A stretch of 62,992 nt of DNA, filler included, from Octopus bimaculoides (Eukaryota), in assembly GCF_001194135.2 (NCBI RefSeq). It is 3 parts of 3 records of this genome, joined end to end, with 100 filler letters (N's around TTAATTAATTAA, not from the genome) between each part and the next. Parts side by side here need not be neighbours in the genome. Positions count along the whole stretch, not along the records: positions 1 to 30,501 come from NC_068985.1; positions 30,602 to 56,648 come from NC_068982.1; 1 more part is not named here. One strand, written 5' to 3'. Below the pieces are notes generated by a model that had not been told where the DNA came from, ran no database searches, and saw only the letters and a list, made by a program, of their open reading frames with translations. Shown one piece after another: positions 24,191 to 34,499 of this stretch. A program made the translations under genes and the position numbers. The first letter of the stretch is position 1. Each line of letters begins with the position of its first letter.

Positions 24191-24918
24191 GGACAAGCTA
24201 CCACTGAAATGATAAAAGTGTATTGACAATATGGGTGCATACTTTGATGCATACTTTGATGCATAAAGATATTCCTTGTATTTATAAAACATTAGCAAAC
24301 TTTCTTTTCTTTTCTACAAATTTCATACTTGATGGCCTTATACACACACACGTGCACACACAGACACACATATATGTATATATAGTTATGTGTGTGTCTG
24401 TGTCTGCAAGTGTCTGTAAGTCTGCATTCTGTAGAATTAATTGGCATTAATTAATATAGGTTCACAGCATTCCGAGATTAAAACACATAAGAGTCAATTT
24501 TATACTGTGAACCACCCCGTAAGTACTTTTATATAATTTCTCTAATAAATTTAGCAGTTTCAATATGGAATAAAATTTCAAAATTTATGCCTGAAAAAGC
24601 TAGGTAAGTATAATCACTTCTGATGATACATAACATGATCTTTGAGTATTATAGGCAGCTTAATATATGACTTTTATCTTTTGTTTCACTCATTCGACTG
24701 TCAGCACTACCTTGAAGGGTTTAGTCTAACAAATCCACCTAAATACTTATTATTTTTAAACTTAGTACTTATTCTATTGATTCCCTTTGTCAAACCGCTA
24801 AGTTGTGTGGATGTGAACAAACGAACACTGCTTGTCATGTGGTGGTAGAAGATGACCGTAAAGACACACATATACTTCTGTATATATAAATATATTATAT
24901 ATATATATATATATATAT

Positions 24919-25979
24919 GTGAAAAACTAGAGGTAGTCGATAGCTTCCGCTATCTGGGCGACCAAGTTAGTAGTGGGGGTGGGTGCGCTGAAAGTGTAGC
25001 TGCTAGAATAAGAATAGCCTGGGCAAAGTTTAGAGAGCTCTTACTCCTGCTGGCAACAAAGGGACTCTCACTCTGAGTAAAAGGCAGACTGTATGACGCA
25101 TGCGTATGAACAGCCATGCTACATGGCAGTGAAACATGGGCTGTAACTGCTGAGGACATACGTAAGCTCGCAAGGAATGAAGCCNNNNNNNNNNNNNNNN
25201 NNNNNNNNNNNNNNNNNNNNNNNNNNNNNNNNNNNNNNNNNNNNNNNNNNNNNNNNNNNNNNNNNNNNNNNNNNNNNNNNNNNNNNNNNNNNNNNNNNNN
25301 NNNNNNNNNNNNNNNNNNNNNNNNNNNNNNNNNNNNNNNNNNNNNNNNNNNNNNNNNNNNNNNNNNNNNNNNNNNNNNNNNNNNNNNNNNNNNNNNNNNN
25401 NNNNNNNNNNNNNNNNNNNNNNNNNNNNNNNNNNNNNNNNNNNNNNNNNNNNNNNNNNNNNNNNNNNNNNNNNNNNNNNNNNNNNNNNNNNNNNNNNNNN
25501 NNNNNNNNNNNNNNNNNNNNNNNNNNNNNNNNNNNNNNNNNNNNNNNNNNNNNNNNNNNNNNNNNNNNNNNNNNNNNNNNNNNNNNNNNNNNNNNNNNNN
25601 NNNNNNNNNNNNNNNNNNNNNNNNNNNNNNNNNNNNNNNNNNNNNNNNNNNNNNNNNNNNNNNNNNNNNNNNNNNNNNNNNNNNNNNNNNNNNNNNNNNN
25701 NNNNNNNNNNNNNNNNNNNNNNNNNNNNNNNNAAAAGACACCATTTCGAGCATGGCCGTTGCCAGTACCGCCTGACTGGCCTTCGTGTGGGTGACACGTA
25801 AAAGCACCCACTACACTCTCTGAGTGGTTGGCGTTAGGAAGTGCATCGAGGTGTAGAAACTCTGCCAAATTAGATTGGAGCCTGGTGTTGCCATCCGGTT
25901 TCACCAGTCCTCAGTCAAATCGTCCAACCCATGCTAGCATGGAAAGCGGACGTTAAACGATGATGATGATGATGATGAT
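24919..25979 (+). mobile_element. 5'-truncated RTE LINE spanning a gap, in (TA)n
   Basis: EKLEVVDSFRYLGDQVSSGGGCAESVAARIRIAWAKFREL, MLHGSETWAVTAED; 3' tail ends CGTTAAAC(GAT)n. Confidence 0.9.
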
Positions 25980-26358
25980 ATATATATATATATATACGTA
26001 CACACACATACATGTATGTATACATATATATGTGTGTGTGTGCAATCAGTTCTGGTGAAGTTAGTAAAAATTTTGCTTATTCTTCCTTTGCATAAAATAT
26101 ATGGTTTAATGACATATGTATGTATGTATTTAAATATGACATTGAAAATATTAGAATTCTACACAAAATTTGCAACTTTATTTATCCTCATTAATAATCC
26201 AGCCAACAAATATTCTTTGTAGGCCCTAGCTGTACACCTAAACCAAGCAAATATATAATTCACATTAAATTGACTAAAATTTCACTCAAGCAAGACACAT
26301 AAAGTATTGAAGAGATTTGCAATGGTGAATATGTTACATCATAATCAGTTGTTCTCAT

Positions 26359-26431
26359 ATAGCTCTAGCTTGAAAGTAATTATGAAAAATATCTTATTTC
26401 TCAAGCCATACTTTGGAATGGTTTTTTTATG
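26359..26431 (+). pseudogene. Copy of candidate exon C, acceptor lost (AT) and +1 frameshift (73 nt)
   Basis: gttctcat|ATAGCT...TTTTTTTATG|gtaaca. Confidence 0.35.
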
Positions 26432-26976
26432 GTAACATGATTAATTTTAAATATCAACTAAACTTTTGACTGACAGTAATGGTAGAATTGATAAATCAAT
26501 TACTTGGAATCAATTAATTTAGGCTTACACCTTTCTAACTCAAAACATATAAGAGAAAATTTTATTCTGTGAACCACCCTGTAAGTACTTTTATATAATT
26601 ACTCTAATATTAGCAGCTTGATTATGGAATAAAATTTTGAAGGCCAATTTACTGAAGAACCTTCTCTCCAAACACAAATTCTGAAATGACATTTTACCAG
26701 AATTACTCTTGTTTCCTTTAGTTCATAGAAAATGAATTCATTAAGCAATTCTTTTTTTTTTTCCCCAACATATCAATGAAAGGATAAAAAATTCATGCTC
26801 TACATTCAGCCTGGTTGGAATTCAAGTATTTATTTGTTTCTAAATATACGTGTATGTATATATATGGAATATACTATGTTTTCCAATATTTTTAGTTACT
26901 TTCTGTGCAATATCAATATATTTAAACCATCCTCTCCAAACTATAAATATAGCTATCTTTATGTAATTTCTAGAAG

Positions 26977-27036
26977 CTGTGGAAGATCAATATGCTGAAA
27001 TTAGTCATCCCAAATATTTATGCATGAAAAAGCCAG
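26977..27036 (+). CDS. Micro-exon B6 (60 nt, phase 1-1): (A)VEDQYAEISHPKYLCMKKP
   Basis: tttctagaag|CTGTGG...AAGCCAG|gtacgt; open frame; the acceptor is NAGNAG (tag aag). Confidence 0.7.
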
Positions 27037-27281
27037 GTACGTATAATCACTATTGATAATATATAACGTGATCTTAGAAGAACAAAAATAGAAAGCTAAC
27101 AATCATGAAAAATATCACTCTTGAACTTTTGTCTGTTAATATATGCATACCTGCATGTATATGTGTGAGAATGTTTAAGTCTTTTTCATTAGTATTTCTT
27201 ATGACAGTGTCAACACAATACTAACATAATTTAAATGTTATTTCTAGCAATGCTATTTATTCTTTTTTTAATTTCTTAAAG

Positions 27282-27323
27282 ACATGGATGATGCTTACAT
27301 TAATGATTCACAGACACCTGGTA
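27282..27323 (+). CDS. Micro-exon A'3 (42 nt, phase 1-1): (D)MDDAYINDSQTPG
   Basis: tttcttaaag|ACATGG...CCTGGTA|gtaagt; open frame. Confidence 0.68.
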
Positions 27324-27894
27324 GTAAGTATATAAGCAATTCATTAATAAATTTACATTCATTAGAGCAAGAGTTACCAAATATCTTGGTTCATTCTTTC
27401 TTTGAGTAGTATAGGCAGCTTAATGTATGTCTTTTATTTTTTTACTTTTTCAGCCATTGAACTCTAGCTATGCTAATGTACCAGTTTGAAGGGTTTAGTC
27501 CAACAAATACACCAAAATACTTATTATTTTTAAGCCTAGTGCTTATTGCATTGGTTAACTTTGCCAAACCGCTAAGTTGCGTTGATGTGAACAAACCAAC
27601 ACTGATTGTCCTGTGGTGGTGGAAGACAAACACAAAGACACATACTCTTCTGTATATATAAACACACACACTCACGCACACACATATAGGTGAGTTGAGT
27701 TAGAGTTTAAAATAACCGTTTAAGGGACGGAAGTATTCAATACGCTTCTGGTATATTACCTATATTTAACTATGGACATACATAAGCAAACATATTATGT
27801 TCATAAGTTATAGGTAAAAACAAGGATAAACATGGGTTTATCAAGAATCAAAATATAAAGAAAACAGAAAATGGAGAAGTATTGATTAACAACA

Positions 27895-28393
27895 ATTGAC
27901 TTACTCCAATTATTATTTATTAATTCAATGCAAACAGACTGCATCCCATCTAACAGATGTTTCTACTTTCAATGTTATATGGTTTGCCATTGATATTCAA
28001 AATATGTAAAAAAATATCAATCATATTTGGTAATAAAACCGATCTGAAACAAGGAGCTTCATCAGAGTGAAGAATAAATAGAGTAGAACAAAGGAAAAGT
28101 TGAATATGGTTGTTATCATAGCATTTTGCTTGTGTGTCTCTTTTGGCCATTAAGTAAAAGGCTACAGCCATATTCAACTTTACCCTTGTTCTTCTTGATG
28201 CTCTTCCTCTCTATTCATTCTTCACTCTGATGATGTTCCTTGTTTCAGATTGGTTTTATTACCAAATATGATTGATATTTTTACATATTTTGAATATCAA
28301 TAGCAATACCATATAACATTGAAAGTAGAAACATCTGTTAGATGGGATGCAGTCTATTTGCATTGAATTAATAAATAATTGTTGTAAGTCAAT
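27895..28393. repeat. Long foldback inverted repeat (~220-bp arms, ~50-nt spacer)
   Basis: 27895-28113 is the near-exact reverse complement of 28164-28393 (e.g. CATCCCATCTAACAGATGTTTCTACTTTCAATGTTATATGG vs CCATATAACATTGAAAGTAGAAACATCTGTTAGATGGGATG). Confidence 0.95.
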
Positions 28394-28635
28394 AAATCAG
28401 TCTTTTTCCATTTTCTATTTTCTTTACACACACACACAAACACACGCACATATAATATATATGTATAGTTATGTGTGTATGTATGTGTGTCTGTCTGTCT
28501 GTGTGAGTGTCTACGTGTGTGCATGTGTGAGTGTGTGTGAGTTTGTCTAGTTAGTCTGTATTCTGGTAGTTTCAGTACAATACAAAATATTTTAAATATT
28601 ATTTATAGCCATGAATTATAATCATTATTTCTTAG

Positions 28636-28676
28636 ACATGGATGATGCTTATATTAATATTTCAAAGAAACCTGAT
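28636..28676 (+). pseudogene. Probable pseudo-exon A4 (DMDDAYINISKKPD), donor region altered, 41 nt
   Basis: tttcttag|ACATGG...CCTGAT|gtagtg; one base shorter than paralogues, so frame-shifting if used. Confidence 0.5.
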
Positions 28677-28817
28677 GTAGTGTATATAAGCAATTCTTTA
28701 AAAAAAGCTTTGTACTGACTTTAATGGTTTCTTTTTCCAAACTGCTAAGTTCCACGAATGTGAACAAACCAATAAGTGGTGGTGGGATATGAACACAAAG
28801 ACACACACATTCTTATT

Positions 28818-28849
<32 letters not shown>

Positions 28850-29542
28850 CATATATGATGAAAGAAAACTTTGAATGATTTNNNNNNNNNNNNNNNNNNN
28901 NNNNNNNNNNNNNNNNNNNNNNNNNNNNNNNNNNNNNNNNNNNNNNNNNNNNNNNNNNNNNNNNNNNNNNNNNNNNNNNNNNNNNNNNNNNNNNNNNNNN
29001 NNNNNNNNNNNNNNNNNNNNNNNNNNNNNNNNNNNNNNNNNNNNNNNNNNNNNNNNNNNNNNNNNNNNNNNNNNNNNNNNNNNNNNNNNNNNNNNNNNNN
29101 NNNNNNNNNNNNNNNNNNNNNNNNNNNNNNNNNNNNNNNNNNNNNNNNNNNNNNNNNNNNNNNNNNNNNNNNNNNNNNNNNNNNNNNNNNNNNNNNNNNN
29201 NNNNNNNNNNNNNNNNNNNNNNNNNNNNNNNNNNNNNNNNNNNNNNNNNNNNNNNNNNNNNNNNNNNNNNNNNNNNNNNNNNNNNNNNNNNNNNNNNNNN
29301 NNNNNNNNNNNNNNNNNNNNNNNNNNNNNNNNNNNNNNNNNNNNNNNNNNNNNNNNNNNNNNNNNNNNNNNNNNNNNNNNNNNNNNNNNNNNNNNNNNNN
29401 NNNNNNNNNNNNNNNNNNNNNNNNNNNNNNNNNNNNNNNNNNNNNNNNNNNNNNNNNNNNNNNNNNNNNNNNNNNNNNNNNNNNNNNNNNNNNNNNNNNN
29501 NNNNNNNNNGGATATGAACACAAAGACACACACATTCTTATT

Positions 29543-29574
<32 letters not shown>

Positions 29575-30234
29575 CATATATGATGAAAGAAAACTTTGAA
29601 TGATTTGCCCTTGTTTTTTCTCGTCCCTTTTTGTATCATCTAACTCTCTGGATGTCTTATTGTTGCTCACAGTAGGACTGAACTCAGAACCATGTGTTCG
29701 GAAAATGAACTTCTTACTGCACCAGAAAACCTTTGAAAATGTTGAAATTTCGTAACATGTACAAGAGACCTCTTGCAGACATCCCTTTTTAACTTTGATA
29801 TTATACCTTTTTTGATTCTTACACTTAATACTGTAATTTATAAGTGTATATGCTGTACGTTTTATTTATACAGATAAACAAATAAGTGGCAGAAATAGTA
29901 CAATACTGTACTAAATGCTGACAGAATGAAATTTAGTGTCAGTATATTCTGAGATTATATCACAATGAAGTAAATATTGTCCAATCAGCTTCTCAATAAG
30001 TACTACTTTTACATAATTATTAGCATTTTGCTCATAGAATAGAATTTTGAGTGCTATTTACTGAGGAACCCTCTTTCCAAACATTCATATTGAAATAGCG
30101 TATTAACCCAGATTACTCTGTTTCCTCTTGTTTATTCCAAATAGATTTATTAGGCAATACATAATAAATTTATTAGGCAATACATTTTAGTAAAACAATA
30201 ATTATGCCAATTTTTTAAATGTATTTTCTTGAAG

Positions 30235-30294
30235 CTGTGGAAGTACAATATGCTGAAGTAAGTGAGCACATATATTTGGAAATAAAACAACGAG
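30235..30294 (+). CDS. Micro-exon B7 (60 nt, phase 1-1), most divergent: xVEVQYAEVSEHIYLEIKQR
   Basis: ttttcttgaag|CTGTGG...AACGAG|gtaagt; length, frame, splice sites and both Tyr are kept although the flanking intron is clearly diverged. Confidence 0.72.
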
Positions 30295-30408
30295 GTAAGT
30301 ACAAATGATATTGTTAGCACACAGCATGATCTTAGAAATTATCTTCAATGAAATATAAAGCTAACTATTATGAAATATACTATCCTCTAAATTTACCTGT
30401 TATGTGTA

Positions 30409-30459
<51 letters not shown>

Positions 30460-30545
30460 AATAATATATAAATATATGCATATATACATACATATATGTA
30501 CNNNNNNNNNNNNNNNNNNNNNNNNNNNNNNNNNNNNNNNNNNNN

Positions 30546-30557
30546 TTAATTAATTAA
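30546..30557. other. Artificial six-frame-stop linker TTAATTAATTAA inside an N gap (also 56693-56704)
   Basis: Identical 12-mer flanked by N runs at both sites. Confidence 0.85.
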
Positions 30558-30802
30558 NNNNNNNNNNNNNNNNNNNNNNNNNNNNNNNNNNNNNNNNNNN
30601 NGGACAGACAAACACGGATTAAGTCGATTATGTGTGTGTGCATGTGTGTGTGTGTTTGTGTGTGTACATGTGTGTATGTGTGTGTGTGCGCGCGCACGCG
30701 CGTGTGTGTTTATGTGTGTGTACACACACAACACATTCAAATTCCAGATTCCTTTCTGTAAAAAATTACGCCTTCCTTTTTCTTTTTTTTTTTTATTATC
30801 AG

Positions 30803-30906
30803 CCCATCTCTATCTAAGTCACGAAGAGATTAACGTACTTTACGTCGGGTTCTCCTTTAAGTTAGCTGAAGGCGAGGAGATGATGAGCTCGATCCTCCCC
30901 GAGTGA
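30803..30906 (+). CDS. Candidate terminal exon (phase 1): (A)HLYLSHEEINVLYVGFSFKLAEGEEMMSSILPE*
   Basis: Very long polypyrimidine tract ending ttattatcag|, open in the phase required after B7, ends TGA. No paralogue supports it. Confidence 0.3.
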
Positions 30907-31810
30907 TGCTTTTATGGAGGCGGCACTTTTGGGTCTGCTGTATAAGTCTATATAGGCTTCGGATCTCGGGACGAGGTGGGGAAACTCAAGTGCTGCTCCG
31001 ACTAGCATACACTCTACGCCACAGTATTCTCTTGAAATTTATTTGATGGTAGACATTTCGCAGGTGATAATTTGATTCAGATCAAGACTTGAACTTCCTT
31101 TTCTATCACTGTGATTCACCTTATTCGATAGGCTTAGGGACCGGTTGATTCAAGAAGTCAACATTCTTTATATATAATTTTATTGAGTCAGATGAAAATT
31201 GAAGGCAAAATTTAATGTTAAATTTTTAAAGAATCTTCTATTTACTGATTTCAATAACAAAATGGAAATTTGAATATAATTAACGCAATTCCCGGTGTGC
31301 GCAATTGAAATATCATTAGAATATAATAACCATCTCTGTATCATACTTAACATATATATACATCATTGACAAGCATGATGCTGTGGATTTTGTCTAAGAG
31401 AAAATCTCTTCGTGATCATGCAATTTTAAAAACACAATATATATCGGAGCGTGAAGGAAGCCGAAACGTGTCTGTACAACGCTATACACTGTAAGGGTTG
31501 TCTTGAAGGCTATACAAAAGACACACCAGAACAAGAATGTATCCATGTCTATAAAAATAAAGAATATAACTAGGATGTGCCAGTAAAAACAGTAACTTAG
31601 TGTGAGCACAAAAGTCCAGATATTGTTGCCAGGGTCGAGGAGCAAAAATAAAGCATGTTGTAGAGATCAGATGCCCAACGGGTGAGAATGTCTTACATAT
31701 ACATGAACATTGCGGAAAAGAAGAGTATCTGTTAGAAATGAGAAATCTACAAATTTTATATTCAGTCTATAGATTTTCATCTGTGTCGCGATTGTTACAT
31801 TGGGTTACGT

Positions 31811-32090
31811 CAGGGGTTTTCAAACTTTTTGACTTGCGGACCCCTTTATATTTCAGGCTTTACCTTAGGGACCCCCTTATAAACGCTTATGAAATTTATA
31901 CATAAATATTTGCTTAAAATAACATATATTTTTACATTTATTTATTTAACAGTATTTAACAAATAGGTTTATTGTCAATTAAAAGATTTCAATTAAAAAA
32001 ACATTTATAAAATCAAATTGCCCATAAAAAGTATTTGCTGTCTACGGACCCCCTGTCTTGTCTTTGCGGACCACAGTTTGAAAACCCCTG
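31811..32090. mobile_element. hAT-type MITE, 280 bp
   Basis: TIRs CAGGGGTTTTCAAAC / GTTTGAAAACCCCTG; perfect 8-bp TSD GGTTACGT (31803-31810, 32091-32098). Confidence 0.92.
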
Positions 32091-32769
32091 GGTTACGTAA
32101 CAACAGAACTGCATTACAACAGAACTGCATTACAATAGAACTAGAAATGCTGGGACGCTCCAAAAAACGATTATAACAGACTGATTCGTATTTTCCAGAT
32201 GCAATCGATTAGAGGTAGAGTCAAACTTGGTAAAACATTCCAAAGATTCCCCATTGGAGGTTCCTAAGCTGAATATATGAACGCAACCACATATACGAAT
32301 GAAATACACTTGCGCACACATAAAAAGAAAAATAAAGTACAGCCACAACACGAGTACAAGTGCATGCAGAAACACACACTCACAAACAAGCCTACAAACA
32401 CACACAAGTAAGCATACACATACACACACGCGCTCGCGCACATGCACACGCCAACCAATTCATATAGCCACATACATACGTTATAATAAGGTTCGAATGT
32501 ATGCATATTTCTGCCTGATTTGGCTTGTGTATATAGAAACATATATGCGGGCGCGTCGCGCACACACGCAGGCACATATAGACATACATACTGCATATAT
32601 TGCAATAAGGTTGGAAATGTACGCATGTCTGATTGGGTTTATGTATATAGAAACATACACACACATATATATATATATCGATATATGACAGATTTAAACA
32701 TACCTAGCTGTGTTAGAAACGTGAGTGTATATTATATCCACAAATATATAACACATACATGCATATATG

Positions 32770-32809
<40 letters not shown>

Positions 32810-32824
32810 CAAATAAATACGTAA

Positions 32825-32880
<56 letters not shown>

Positions 32881-33192
32881 CAGATAACAGATAGAGAAAT
32901 CTTTCTCGGCAGAGATAAGCAGTCATATATTTTTTCGCCTCCAAGTTAATGTGATGAATTGTCTTTTTGTCCGTTTTTTACGTATTTTCCTTCGTATTTT
33001 TGTTTGTTTTATTAGCTTTTGCTTTTCTCTTTTTTGCAAGATAAACTTTCGTATTCTCAACTGTGACTACATGTATGGCTACAAACTTACTACACCAGGA
33101 AATTGATTCTTTTTTATTCTTTTGTTTTTTAGATAAGACATTATTTGCCAGTATATACATACATAAATACACACACGCACACACATATACAC

Positions 33193-33232
<40 letters not shown>

Positions 33233-34499
33233 NNNNNNNNNNNNNNNNNNNNNNNNNNNNNNNNNNNNNNNNNNNNNNNNNNNNNNNNNNNNNNNNNNNN
33301 NNNNNNNNNNNNNNNNNNNNNNNNNNNNNNNNNNNNNNNNNNNNNNNNNNNNNNNNNNNNNNNNNNNNNNNNNNNNNNNNNNNNNNNNNNNNNNNNNNNN
33401 NNNNNNNNNNNNNNNNNNNNNNNNNNNNNNNNNNNNNNNNNNNNNNNNNNNNNNNNNNNNNNNNNNNNNNNNNNNNNNNNNNNNNNNNNNNNNNNNNNNN
33501 NNNNNNNNNNNNNNNNNNNNNNNNNNNNNNNNNNNNNNNNNNNNNNNNNNNNNNNNNNNNNNNNNNNNNNNNNNNNNNNNNNNNNNNNNNNNNNNNNNNN
33601 NNNNNNNNNNNNNNNNNNNNNNNNNNNNNNNNNNNNNNNNNNNNNNNNNNNNNNNNNNNNNNNNNNNNNNNNNNNNNNNNNNNNNNNNNNNNNNNNNNNN
33701 NNNNNNNNNNNNNNNNNNNNNNNNNNNNNNNNNNNNNNNNNNNNNNNNNNNNNNNNNNNNNNNNNNNNNNNNNNNNNNNNNNNNNNNNNNNNNNNNNNNN
33801 NNNNNNNNNNNNNNNNNNNNNNNNNNNNNNNNNNNNNNNNNNNNNNNNNNNNNNNNNNNNNNNNNNNNNNNNNNATATATATATATATACACACATTTAC
33901 ACACATATAGGCACATATGTTTACACGTCTATGCAGATAGATACATACATATGTACATACATACACACAAAAACGCACAAACACACACATAAACAAACAA
34001 ACACACACACACACACACACTCCTGTCAATTTCGAGGCATATATCTAGTTGATCGAACAACTGAACAGTTTACTCATTGAATTAGAGTGCGAAGTGATTG
34101 AGTATTCCTCAGTTATATGTGCCCTTAACATAATTCTCTTGAAGAATCAAAGTGACACAAGAATGACAAGCTAGATATTTGAATTACATGTGAAATCCAT
34201 CCGTCGGATTCGAAACAGTTTCCGTCTACCAATTTCCACTCATAAGGCTTAGGTGAACACGGAACATTGGCAATGATACTTACTGAAGATTCCACACAGT
34301 ACGACTGAACCGTGTATCCCATGATTGCAAAATAAACTTCTTAACTTCTCAGACATGTCTACACACACAGATATATGTGTGTGTATATATGTGTGTGTGT
34401 TTGTGTGTGTGTGCGTGCGCGTGCGTGTATGTATGTATGTATGCATGTATTATTAAAAAGCAGCAAAATATCGCAAAAACTGTTACTCAGAGTTTCACG

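Larger units (their letters stand above)
8340..30400 (+). repeat. Array of tandemly duplicated exon-bearing units (approx. 8340-10160, 13820-14900, 15010-17160, 17700-19280, 24410-24890, 26040-27660, 28540-28830, 29880-30400), interrupted by TEs
   Basis: Long near-identical stretches recur, e.g. AAATCATCCTCTCCAAACAATAAATA...TTTCTTGAAG and GTAAGTATAATCACTATTGATAATACGTAAAGTGATCTTAGAAGAA. Confidence 0.95.

Noticed and set aside
8340-30400. Repeat-spacer appearance of the duplicated units as a CRISPR-like array
   Set aside because: Eukaryotic context, kb-scale units, no short regular repeats or cas genes.
30546-30557. TTAATTAATTAA palindrome between N runs (again at 56693-56704)
   Set aside because: Identical all-frame-stop linker inside gaps; an assembly or scaffolding insert, not biology.
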